Source: a virus
Taxonomy: Duplodnaviria; Caudoviricetes
IMG/VR virus record: IMGVR_UViG_3300017774_006880
Span: 1 to 34,921 of that record
Length of the DNA: 34,921 nt
Direction: 5' to 3' (one strand)
The notes beneath the pieces are model-generated. The model saw nothing but the letters and a program-made list of their open reading frames with translations, ran no database searches and was not told the DNA's origin. This document shows, piece by piece, positions 20,165-28,243 of this stretch. Each line of letters starts with the position of its first letter. Within the stretch, counting starts at the first letter, position 1. The position numbers and the translations under genes are program-made.

Positions 20165-21331
20165 ATGAAATGGCCCTTAAATAAAAATAATTTTACAATT
20201 TTAGACAGATTAAAAATTTGTAGTTTTATACTGAATTTTAAAAATAGATGGACACAAGATATCCAAGTAAAAAAATTTGAAAAGAAAATGGCTGACTATG
20301 TTGGTTGTAAATATTCCGTATTTGTAGGCAATGGTTCACTAGCTAATAATTTATTAGCGCAATATGTTAAGCATAAATTTCCAAATAAAAAAATTGTTGT
20401 ACTTCCATCTGTAACATGGCAAACGTCTTGCTCTCCATGGATTAAAGCTGGTTTCCAACCACATTTTATTGACGTTTCTTTAGAAGATTTTTCCATAGAT
20501 AGGACAAAACTAATTGAATATGTAAAAAAGAATAAAAATAAAATTGCCTGTATTTTTCCAACTTCGTTAATAGGTTTTACTCCTAATTTTGATTTTTATA
20601 AAAATTTAGAGGAAACATACGGTGTTAAAATCATGTTTGATAATTGCGAGAACACTTTAAGTTTTTATGGAGATAAAAATATTTCTTCATTTTTTACCTC
20701 TTCAACTTCCACATATTTTGGACATCAGATTCAATCTATAGAAGGTGGATTTATTTTTACAAATTCAGAGGATGAATATAAATATTTTTTGATAAACAGA
20801 AACCATGGAATGGTAAGAAGTTTAACTTCTTATGGTTTTGATACAAAAGAAATAGATAATCCAAAAGTAGATCGTTTATTTGATTTTTATTCTTTGGGAG
20901 ATAATTATCGCGGTAGTGATTTAAATGCTTTTATTGGACAGCTCGACTTCAATCGTATAGATTTGTACACGAATTCTAGGAAAAAATTATATTCTTTATT
21001 CAAAGAAAGCTTAGATAGTAATAAATATTATTTACCATCGGATAGAGATAATTGTTCTGATGTTCCATTTTGTATGCCGATTATTATTAAAAATAAAAAT
21101 AAAACAAGATTTAAAAAAGCTTTGAATCTTTGTAACAAATTAGGGATTGAATATCGACCGATTGTATCTGGATTTTTAGGGTATCAAAACTGCTATAAGG
21201 ATTATTTTAAATCGGATAAAGATTACCCCAACTCAGTTTATTTACACAATTATGGATTTTATATTGGTTTATATCACGGTATAAAAGAAAAAGATTTACT
21301 AAAATTAACAAGTTTATTAAATGAAGTTTAA
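20165..21331 (+). CDS. DegT/DnrJ-fold PLP enzyme, ColD-like GDP-4-keto-6-deoxymannose 3-dehydratase
   Basis: NGSLAN, DNCE, and STYFGHQIQSIEGG with His at the Schiff-base Lys position. Also RNHG and YRPIVSG. Confidence 0.75.
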   Translation: MKWPLNKNNFTILDRLKICSFILNFKNRWTQDIQVKKFEKKMADYVGCKYSVFVGNGSLANNLLAQYVKHKFPNKKIVVLPSVTWQTSCSPWIKAGFQPHFIDVSLEDFSIDRTKLIEYVKKNKNKIACIFPTSLIGFTPNFDFYKNLEETYGVKIMFDNCENTLSFYGDKNISSFFTSSTSTYFGHQIQSIEGGFIFTNSEDEYKYFLINRNHGMVRSLTSYGFDTKEIDNPKVDRLFDFYSLGDNYRGSDLNAFIGQLDFNRIDLYTNSRKKLYSLFKESLDSNKYYLPSDRDNCSDVPFCMPIIIKNKNKTRFKKALNLCNKLGIEYRPIVSGFLGYQNCYKDYFKSDKDYPNSVYLHNYGFYIGLYHGIKEKDLLKLTSLLNEV

Positions 21332-21734
21332 AAATATCTTCGGTAAAGAGGTCAATAAAAATATTAACAAATATCTTATTGATTGGGAAAAGCCCTGTAA
21401 AAGCAAAGTTCAATTTAATGTAAAAAAATTTACAGAGCCATATTGGGGTACACACGTTGTAGTAGAAGAGTTTCCCGTTTTTGGAACTAGAATGCGATGC
21501 GATCTCATTAATTTTACTAAAAAAATTGCCATAGAGACTCACGGAATGCAACACGATAAATTTGTTAAGTATTTTCATAGAACGAAAACCGGATTTAAAA
21601 ATAGCGTAAAAAGAGATTTGCAAAAATATTCTTGGCTTGAAATAAATGGATTTAAGATTATCGAAATCTTTGAAAATGAAATTCATTTGCTGTCTTCAGA
21701 ATGGATAAAAGAAAAATTTGATATAGAAATTTAG
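21321..21734 (+). CDS. Small PD-(D/E)XK-like endonuclease (DUF559/Vsr-like)
   Basis: EEFPV, RCDL, IAIETHGMQH, RD..K, GFKIIEI. Confidence 0.7.
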   Translation: MKFKNIFGKEVNKNINKYLIDWEKPCKSKVQFNVKKFTEPYWGTHVVVEEFPVFGTRMRCDLINFTKKIAIETHGMQHDKFVKYFHRTKTGFKNSVKRDLQKYSWLEINGFKIIEIFENEIHLLSSEWIKEKFDIEI

Positions 21735-21735
21735 C

Positions 21736-21764
21736 TTGAATATCAAAGTAAGTTTGGGTATGAT
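21736..21764 (+). promoter_or_regulatory. Sigma70-like promoter, probably leaderless
   Basis: TTGAAT(21736-41)-17 nt-TATGAT(21759-64)-6 nt-ATG(21771). Confidence 0.7.
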
Positions 21765-21770
21765 ATATCT

Positions 21771-22367
21771 ATGAGCGTAATGTACATTGGGATTGCAGGT
21801 GTTTCTCGATCTGGAAAAGATAGTTTAGCTTTAGAACTGGAAAACACAATTAGATCCTATACAGGTAAAACAATTTATAGAACTTCCTTGGCCCAACCTC
21901 TTAAAGAGGATTGTAAAGATTTTATTCAAGAATATATCGGTCTAGATGTTTTTACAGATAATACGGAAGAAAAATCTACTTTTAGAGAATTTTTAGTTTG
22001 GTATGGTAAAGTTAAACGCCAACAAACAGAGGGAAAATATTGGACAGAGCTTCTTGATAAAAGAGTACAGCAGTTTCAACCTGATGTTTGTATCGTTCCA
22101 GATGTTCGTTATCAACAGTACGAACAAGACGAAGTAAGCTGGTTAAAATCTAAACCAAACAACGTACTTATTCACTTGCAAAGAGTTGCAATTAATGGTG
22201 AAATCGTCCAACCAGCAAATATGGACGAAACAATTAACGACTCAATTATTCAGAACAGTTCTGATTATAAAATTATATGGCCCACCTTTACGGACGAGAA
22301 TAAGGAAGAGTGTATGAGAGAAATTGCACAAAAAGCTTTTTCCTCTGTTATCCAAGAAAAAATTTAA
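21771..22367 (+). CDS. Deoxynucleoside monophosphate kinase (phage type)
   Basis: GIAGVSRSGKDS P-loop, LAQPLK, REFL..YG...R, W, PDVRY...E. Confidence 0.8.
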   Translation: MSVMYIGIAGVSRSGKDSLALELENTIRSYTGKTIYRTSLAQPLKEDCKDFIQEYIGLDVFTDNTEEKSTFREFLVWYGKVKRQQTEGKYWTELLDKRVQQFQPDVCIVPDVRYQQYEQDEVSWLKSKPNNVLIHLQRVAINGEIVQPANMDETINDSIIQNSSDYKIIWPTFTDENKEECMREIAQKAFSSVIQEKI

Positions 22368-22369
22368 AT

Positions 22370-23842
22370 ATGGCTTCCATTCGTAGTGTACAAATAGAAA
22401 AGCACGTTTTGGCTGGCTTTCTTAAATATCCACAAGTGTATTTTGAAGTGTCTCACTTCGTAAGTGAAAATGACTTTTCAGATGGTCACAAAACAATCTT
22501 CAGCGTTATCAAGGGGCAAATTATGAAGAGTCAACCTCTTGATCCGGTAATCGTTGGGGAAAAGATTAAGAATCTTGGTATTAATTTTAAACAGGACTTT
22601 AATATTTTTGACTATATTGAAAGCCTAGCTTTTATTAAAATTAGCCAAAAGTCTCTAGTTGATGCCTGTAAGAATTTAAAAACAATTACTATACGCCGCG
22701 AGATTGCGGAAACGGCCTCTCTTATTGCAGAGTCGATGGAAAATTCTGGCGACAAGTCTCCAGACGAAATTATTTCCTTTGCAGATAAGATGTATAATGA
22801 TCGCGTAACTGCTTACGATTTAGAATCAAACCCCGAAGATCTTTTTCAAGATATTGAACAGATGGTTGAAGATAGGGCTAATAACCCAATTGCGGAAACA
22901 GGTTACCTTACGCCTTATAAACTATTTAACAAAATGTACGGAGGTTTAAGGCCTGGAGAACTCTATGCTTGGGTTAGCCGTCCTAAACATGGTAAGTCAA
23001 CAATCTTAAGTGACATTTGTTCCAAGGCAACTTTAATTAACCCGAATCTTCAAGCTCTTATTCTTGATACTGAAATGCAAACAAGTGTTATTCGTTTTCG
23101 TATTGCAAGTAGTATTACAGGTATTCCTATGTGGTGGCTTGAAACTGGGAATTTTAAAAATAATAAAGAACTTTTAGCAAAATGGAATAGCAAGAAATCT
23201 GAACTTGCTAAAGCCCAAGGTAAGGTAAAACACTTGCAAGTCGCTGGAAAACCAGTCGCAGAAATTGAATCTATTATTCAACGCTGGTATCTTGGACAAG
23301 TTGGTAGGGGAAATCCAGCTATTGTAGTTTATGACTACATTAAGCTAACGGGTGAAATGGAAAAAGGCAAACAAGAGTATCAGTTGATTGGTGATAAAGT
23401 TGATAGACTTAAGGAGCTTTCAGTTCGTATGAACATTCCGATTCTTACGGCTTGCCAGCTAAATCGTAGTGCTGAAAACGGCGCTGATGATTCGAGTGCT
23501 ATCGCCCAATCAGATCGTCTTCAGTGGTTTGCGGCTTATGTTGGAATTTTTAGACGTAAAACTTTAGAAGAACAGGCTGAAGATGGTGCACACTTTGGCA
23601 CTCATAAAATGATCGAGCTTGCATCTCGTTATCAAGGTCAACATGCGCATGGTCACAATGATCTTGTTCGTGTTATCGAAAATAATCGTCCAGTTTATCG
23701 TAAAAATTTTATTTCATTTAATGTAGATAATTTTAATGTCGAAGAAAAAGGAACTCTCCAAGATATTGTTAATCATCAGAATGGTGTTAATGTAAATATT
23801 TTTGACCGTCCGAATAACGAACCCCAAGAAGATATCATATGA
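22370..23842 (+). CDS. dnaB: Replicative DNA helicase
   Basis: N-terminal E..VL, Walker A RPKHGKST, DTEM, VYDYIKL, CQLNR, SDRLQW. Start is ATG 22370. Confidence 0.92.
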   Translation: MASIRSVQIEKHVLAGFLKYPQVYFEVSHFVSENDFSDGHKTIFSVIKGQIMKSQPLDPVIVGEKIKNLGINFKQDFNIFDYIESLAFIKISQKSLVDACKNLKTITIRREIAETASLIAESMENSGDKSPDEIISFADKMYNDRVTAYDLESNPEDLFQDIEQMVEDRANNPIAETGYLTPYKLFNKMYGGLRPGELYAWVSRPKHGKSTILSDICSKATLINPNLQALILDTEMQTSVIRFRIASSITGIPMWWLETGNFKNNKELLAKWNSKKSELAKAQGKVKHLQVAGKPVAEIESIIQRWYLGQVGRGNPAIVVYDYIKLTGEMEKGKQEYQLIGDKVDRLKELSVRMNIPILTACQLNRSAENGADDSSAIAQSDRLQWFAAYVGIFRRKTLEEQAEDGAHFGTHKMIELASRYQGQHAHGHNDLVRVIENNRPVYRKNFISFNVDNFNVEEKGTLQDIVNHQNGVNVNIFDRPNNEPQEDII

Positions 23843-24732
23843 AACTTCTGGAGATCTTAAAAGATGCTGGGTGTAATCCTAGGAACTATGGCAGTTATCT
23901 TACTTGTTCTGCTAGCTATCGCGGTGGTAATGATCCTGGATCAGTAGCCATTTATCTTCAAACAAATATTGTAAAAGATTTTGTTACCGGACATTCTTTC
24001 TCATTGGAAGAGTTCTTGAAATTGACTTTAAGACTCAAAGACGTAAAACAGGTAGAAAAGATTTTAGAAGATAAGGCTAGATATTACACGGGCTTCAGTA
24101 ATAATCTAGAGGACCCCTTTAATAAAGGTACTAAATATTATTCTAATGATGACCTTATAGATTTAAAAGATGATTATTCTTATTGGAATCGTCGCGGCGT
24201 TAGCGATGAAACTCTTAAAGTCTTTGGTGGGGGGCTATGTTTGACTGGAAAAATGTATCAAAGATATGTATTTCCGATTTTCGATGCTCGCAAAAAGATA
24301 CTTGGATTTTCTGGTCGTGACGTAACAGCAAAATCAAAAATTAAATGGAAGCATATAGGTAGAAAAAATGAATGGGGCTATCCGTTTATCTTTAGTCATC
24401 AATATATAAAAGAAACTAAACAATTGATTCTTGTTGAAAGTATCGGGGATATGCTTTCCCTTTGGGAGAGTGGCATTAGGAATACGGGAATAACTTTCGG
24501 GACTGAGGCTGGTGGAGGTTTATTAAAAGCGATGGTTCGTCTTGATCCCGATAGTATAATCATTGCGACCAACAATGATGAAAACAGGGCGGGGCAAAAA
24601 GCGGCTATAAAGATACGCTCAACTCTTGTAGAGTTTTTTGACCCTGCCCAAATTTTTACTTATCATCCATACAAGAATGATTTTGGTGATCAGACCATAG
24701 AAGAAAATAAGGAATGGTATTCAAACATATGA
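23839..24732 (+). CDS. DnaG-like primase (TOPRIM)
   Basis: YW..RG, RYVFPIFD, GFSGR, KW, LVESIGD, NDENRAGQKAA. ATGA-coupled to dnaB. Confidence 0.82.
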   Translation: MKLLEILKDAGCNPRNYGSYLTCSASYRGGNDPGSVAIYLQTNIVKDFVTGHSFSLEEFLKLTLRLKDVKQVEKILEDKARYYTGFSNNLEDPFNKGTKYYSNDDLIDLKDDYSYWNRRGVSDETLKVFGGGLCLTGKMYQRYVFPIFDARKKILGFSGRDVTAKSKIKWKHIGRKNEWGYPFIFSHQYIKETKQLILVESIGDMLSLWESGIRNTGITFGTEAGGGLLKAMVRLDPDSIIIATNNDENRAGQKAAIKIRSTLVEFFDPAQIFTYHPYKNDFGDQTIEENKEWYSNI

Positions 24733-25151
24733 GAAGTACTTGGGAAGAACACGCTATGAATTTAGCTGCCATTGCGATGCGGCGATCCGAAGATCCATAT
24801 CAGCAAGTCGGCGCTTGTGTTTTAGGATATCATAATGAAGTCCTAGCTGTAGCCTATAATGGGCTTGCCGCTGGAGTGAATGTAACTCCGGAATTTTGGA
24901 AAGATCGTGATGCGAGAAGACCCTACATGGTACATGCTGAAAGCAACGCTTTAGCTAGAATCAAAATGGGTGAGGGGAAACTTTTAGCTTGTACCCTACT
25001 TCCGTGTTCCGCATGTGCAACGAATATTGCAGCATATGGAATCAAAGAAATTATTTTTAAAGACATTTACAATAGAGATACTAAATCAATAGATATTTTT
25101 AAATTTTACGGTATCACTTGTCGTCAAGTAGATCCAACATATCCTTTATGA
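24729..25151 (+). CDS. dCMP deaminase
   Basis: RSEDP..QVGAC, YNG, HAESNA, PCSAC. Confidence 0.9.
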   Translation: MRSTWEEHAMNLAAIAMRRSEDPYQQVGACVLGYHNEVLAVAYNGLAAGVNVTPEFWKDRDARRPYMVHAESNALARIKMGEGKLLACTLLPCSACATNIAAYGIKEIIFKDIYNRDTKSIDIFKFYGITCRQVDPTYPL

Positions 25152-26143
25152 GTGAATTAATAAAACTTTCGGCTAGTAGAATCAAGACATTGCAATCATG
25201 TTCTTGGATGTACTACTGCAATTATAATCTTAAATTGCCACAAAAAAACAATTCTGGAGCCATGCGTGGAACAGTTGCGCACTTAATCTTTGAGATATTG
25301 GCGAATCCCAGACACCAGCATTACGTTACAAAAATTGTAAAAAGCGGAACATGTCTGAAGCAACCAGCAATTTTTAAATTAATCCTAAAGGCCGCTAAAC
25401 GTGAAGGCTTGGACCTTGATGAGATGGTTAAACCTCTGAAAAAGAGCGGTCAAGAAATTACCAATTTAAAATGTATTGATGAAATGATTTTAGTTGGATT
25501 AAAATTTGATTTTATTGGAAACGGCAAACTAGTTGGTTCCGAATGGGAGTTTGATATTACTAGTGAAGAACCAAAATATCGAATTGGGGGATTTGTAGAC
25601 CGTATCTTTAAAGATAAAAAGCAAATGATTATTCGTGATTTTAAATCTAGTAAGAAAGCTTTTAACGGGGAGGAGCTAGCAAGTAATTTACAGGGAATGA
25701 TGTATTCGCTTGCCGTTCGTAAAAAATATCAAAAACAAAAAGATGTTTTAGTTAAGTTTCTTTTTTTAAGATATCCCGACGATCCCGAAAGAGAGTGTCC
25801 GCATTTTAGCGAAGAAGTGTTGAGTGGATTTGAGCACTATCTTGAATATCTTAACGGATATTTAAAAAACTTTGATGAGAAAAAAGCTAGTTCGAATTTT
25901 GCGGCGCACGAGTATAGTACAAAATGGATGTGTCAGACAAAGTCTGGATGGCGTTGCCCCTATCTAGACGCTATCGAATACAAAGTATTATTAGATAAAA
26001 ACGATAAAGTTATTAAATCAATTTTTGCAACCGAAGAGTTTAAAGAACGAGATTTAAAACCGGAATATCGAATTGAAATTCGAAAGTACGAAGGGTGTCC
26101 AGCTTGGAAACAGACAAAGTCAAATAATGATTTTGACTTTTAA
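25148..26143 (+). CDS. PD-(D/E)XK exonuclease (AddB/RecB/Cas4-like)
   Basis: LSASRI...C, GTVAH, GFVDR, DFKSSK, Q..MY, C-terminal C...CPY...CP. Confidence 0.82.
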   Translation: MSELIKLSASRIKTLQSCSWMYYCNYNLKLPQKNNSGAMRGTVAHLIFEILANPRHQHYVTKIVKSGTCLKQPAIFKLILKAAKREGLDLDEMVKPLKKSGQEITNLKCIDEMILVGLKFDFIGNGKLVGSEWEFDITSEEPKYRIGGFVDRIFKDKKQMIIRDFKSSKKAFNGEELASNLQGMMYSLAVRKKYQKQKDVLVKFLFLRYPDDPERECPHFSEEVLSGFEHYLEYLNGYLKNFDEKKASSNFAAHEYSTKWMCQTKSGWRCPYLDAIEYKVLLDKNDKVIKSIFATEEFKERDLKPEYRIEIRKYEGCPAWKQTKSNNDFDF

Positions 26144-26788
26144 TTAAAAACTGTAAAATTCAAGTTCTTTTTGAGACCAAGAGTACTCATTATTAAAAGT
26201 AAACCATATATTTTTATATATAGTATTATTTTTTAAAATTAGCTTCGAGGAAACTGGTAAATGCGAATCTTGTGAGTAGCACCAATCAATAGCAACCCAT
26301 TGGTTATCAGACTCCCTTAAATATGCTACATACCCATGACCACCCTGTGGGGCTGTTGGCGCTGGCTGAACAAAACCAGCAACGACTCTTAACCTAAAAG
26401 CGGGTATTCCCATATTTACAGCTAAAGCTGCAATTAATAAGGCACCATCCTCGCAATCACCAGTACGTAATTTTATAGTCTCAAATGGAAACTGCCAATA
26501 TTCTACGACACCTTGACTCAAATCATCGCCAATATATTTAATATTATTAAAAATCCATTTTTGAATATTAAGCATTTTTTCATCATTATTGGCTCCAGTA
26601 ATCTTATTTTCTTCAATTATTGTTTTAACGACAACATCGTTTGAGGTAAACATTGTTTTTACATCAATCTGTAAATTCGTAAGAATAATTTGCCCATTTA
26701 ACTTTTGTGGAATAGATCTTCCTCTATAAAGAACGGGATTTTTTGGATATCTATTATCCCAATAATTTTTGAGTTCATTTACGTGCAT
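26144..26788 (-). CDS. Transglutaminase-like cysteine protease (BTLCP-like)
   Basis: YWQFPFET...GDCED, HGYV, IDW give a Cys-His-Asp triad. Likely start is ATG 26788, after a GTGTAA motif. Confidence 0.8.
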   Translation of the reverse strand: MHVNELKNYWDNRYPKNPVLYRGRSIPQKLNGQIILTNLQIDVKTMFTSNDVVVKTIIEENKITGANNDEKMLNIQKWIFNNIKYIGDDLSQGVVEYWQFPFETIKLRTGDCEDGALLIAALAVNMGIPAFRLRVVAGFVQPAPTAPQGGHGYVAYLRESDNQWVAIDWCYSQDSHLPVSSKLILKNNTIYKNIWFTFNNEYSWSQKELEFYSF

Positions 26789-26796
26789 AGAGATAA

Positions 26797-26802
26797 TTAC
26801 AC
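26797..26802 (-). promoter_or_regulatory. GTGTAA motif 8 nt before the minus-strand ATG
   Basis: The minus strand reads AAGTGTAATTATCTCTATG. Confidence 0.5.
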
Positions 26803-26816
26803 TTACGATATATAAG

Positions 26817-26845
26817 TTGACTTTAATTACAAACACTAGTATCTT
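26817..26845 (+). promoter_or_regulatory. Sigma70-like promoter, leaderless or very short leader
   Basis: TTGACT(26817-22)-17 nt-TATCTT(26840-45)-8 nt-ATG(26854). Confidence 0.6.
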
Positions 26846-26853
26846 AAAATATC

Positions 26854-27621
26854 ATGCTACCTATTTTTAGATCAAATTATTCTTTGACCTCTATTCTTAC
26901 TCTAGAAGAGGCTAAAGAAAAAGACAATCGGTTGGTAAACCGATCAGATTCCATCTTTGATGTCTGCAAAGATTACGAATTAGAAGATGTTTTTATTGTT
27001 GATAATACTTTGACTGGATTGGTAGAAGCCTACGAAAATGCGAAAAAAGCAAAATTAAATTTGCGATTTGGTTATAGAGTGAATGTTTGTCAAGACATCA
27101 GCAACAAAACACCCGAATCAAAACTAACGGAAAGTAAATTTATTGTTTTTGCTACTAAAGGTTCTTTTGCAGATCTAATTAAACTGCATAACATTTCTTC
27201 TACAGAGGGCATTTATGAAGGAACCCCAAGGCTAGATTTTAAAACCATGAAAGAATACTGGGGAAAAAACCTGTCTTTAGTAATCCCCTTTTATGATTCC
27301 TATGTTTACTACAATCTTTTATATGGTCGCCAATGCGTTCCAGAACTTGACTTTACAGAACCATGCTATTTTGTGGAAAATAATGGATTGCCATTTGATG
27401 GTCTTTTAATTAATCATTTGAATGAGACTATTAAAGACTATGAAATTATGCCATCAAAAACTATTTATTATCGTGAGAAGAAAGACTTTAAAGCGTATAT
27501 GACTTATCGTTGTATTTTGAACCGCAGCACATTTCAGAAACCAGAACTCAGACACTTTGGTAGTCAAGAATTCTGTATGGAAAGCTGGAAAGAATCTATG
27601 GAGGCTAACAATGCAAAGTAA
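26854..27621 (+). CDS. Stand-alone PHP domain of DNA polymerase III alpha (degenerate)
   Basis: RSNYS (cf. HxHTxYS), IVDNTLTG, FGY, L.KL...S, PRLD, IYY..KDF.AY...CI. Spans the whole DnaE PHP layout. Confidence 0.75.
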   Translation: MLPIFRSNYSLTSILTLEEAKEKDNRLVNRSDSIFDVCKDYELEDVFIVDNTLTGLVEAYENAKKAKLNLRFGYRVNVCQDISNKTPESKLTESKFIVFATKGSFADLIKLHNISSTEGIYEGTPRLDFKTMKEYWGKNLSLVIPFYDSYVYYNLLYGRQCVPELDFTEPCYFVENNGLPFDGLLINHLNETIKDYEIMPSKTIYYREKKDFKAYMTYRCILNRSTFQKPELRHFGSQEFCMESWKESMEANNAK

Positions 27622-28243
27622 TCTTTTACGTTTTAATAAAAAACAAAAGTACATTGTTTTTGATACAGAAACAGAATCTTTGGCACTTGCTCTGGCTAGA
27701 CCTTGGCAACTTTCTTGGTTGGTGTATGAAGATCATAAAATTGTTAAGAATGAAGATCATATGATTTATTGGAAAGACTTGAACGTATCTGCGGATGCTG
27801 CAAGAATCACACGGTTTGATTACAATGACTGGAAAGAAAAATCAAAAGATCCCAAAGAAGTGTTAGAAATCTTTGAGAGCTATCTTTATAATCCAGAATA
27901 TTTAATTATTGGAGCAAACCTTTTCGGTTACGATGTTTATGTAATTAATACTTTAAGAAAAATATTGGGTCTTAAATCAGATTTTTCATATCTTGATAGG
28001 GTTTTAGATATACAATGTATTCAAAAGGGTATATATTTAGGACTCAAGTCGATTCCAGAAAACAGAACCGCTTGGCAATATCAAATGTACCACTACGTTA
28101 AAAGGGGAGTTAAGACTTCCGTTAAACATCTTTGCGGTCTTTATGATCTTGAGTATAATGATTTAAAGGCACATGATGCTGTATACGATAATGAAAAGTG
28201 CTTGGAGATTTTTAAGAAACAAATTTTAACTATTGAAATATGA
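27611..28243 (+). CDS. DEDDh 3'-5' exonuclease (DnaQ/epsilon-like)
   Basis: ExoI FDTET, ExoII GANLFGYD, ExoIII AHDAVYD. Start is ATG 27611. Confidence 0.88.
   Translation: MQSNLLRFNKKQKYIVFDTETESLALALARPWQLSWLVYEDHKIVKNEDHMIYWKDLNVSADAARITRFDYNDWKEKSKDPKEVLEIFESYLYNPEYLIIGANLFGYDVYVINTLRKILGLKSDFSYLDRVLDIQCIQKGIYLGLKSIPENRTAWQYQMYHYVKRGVKTSVKHLCGLYDLEYNDLKAHDAVYDNEKCLEIFKKQILTIEI

Noticed and set aside
4460-21331. Ordinary bacterial O-antigen or capsule locus
   Set aside because: It is flanked by phage-type replication genes in a phage-like order, and no flippase, polymerase, ABC transporter or housekeeping genes are recognisable.
25148-26143. cas4 gene of a CRISPR-Cas system
   Set aside because: There are no other cas genes, no repeat-spacer array and no spacer long enough to hold one. 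The context is replication/recombination.
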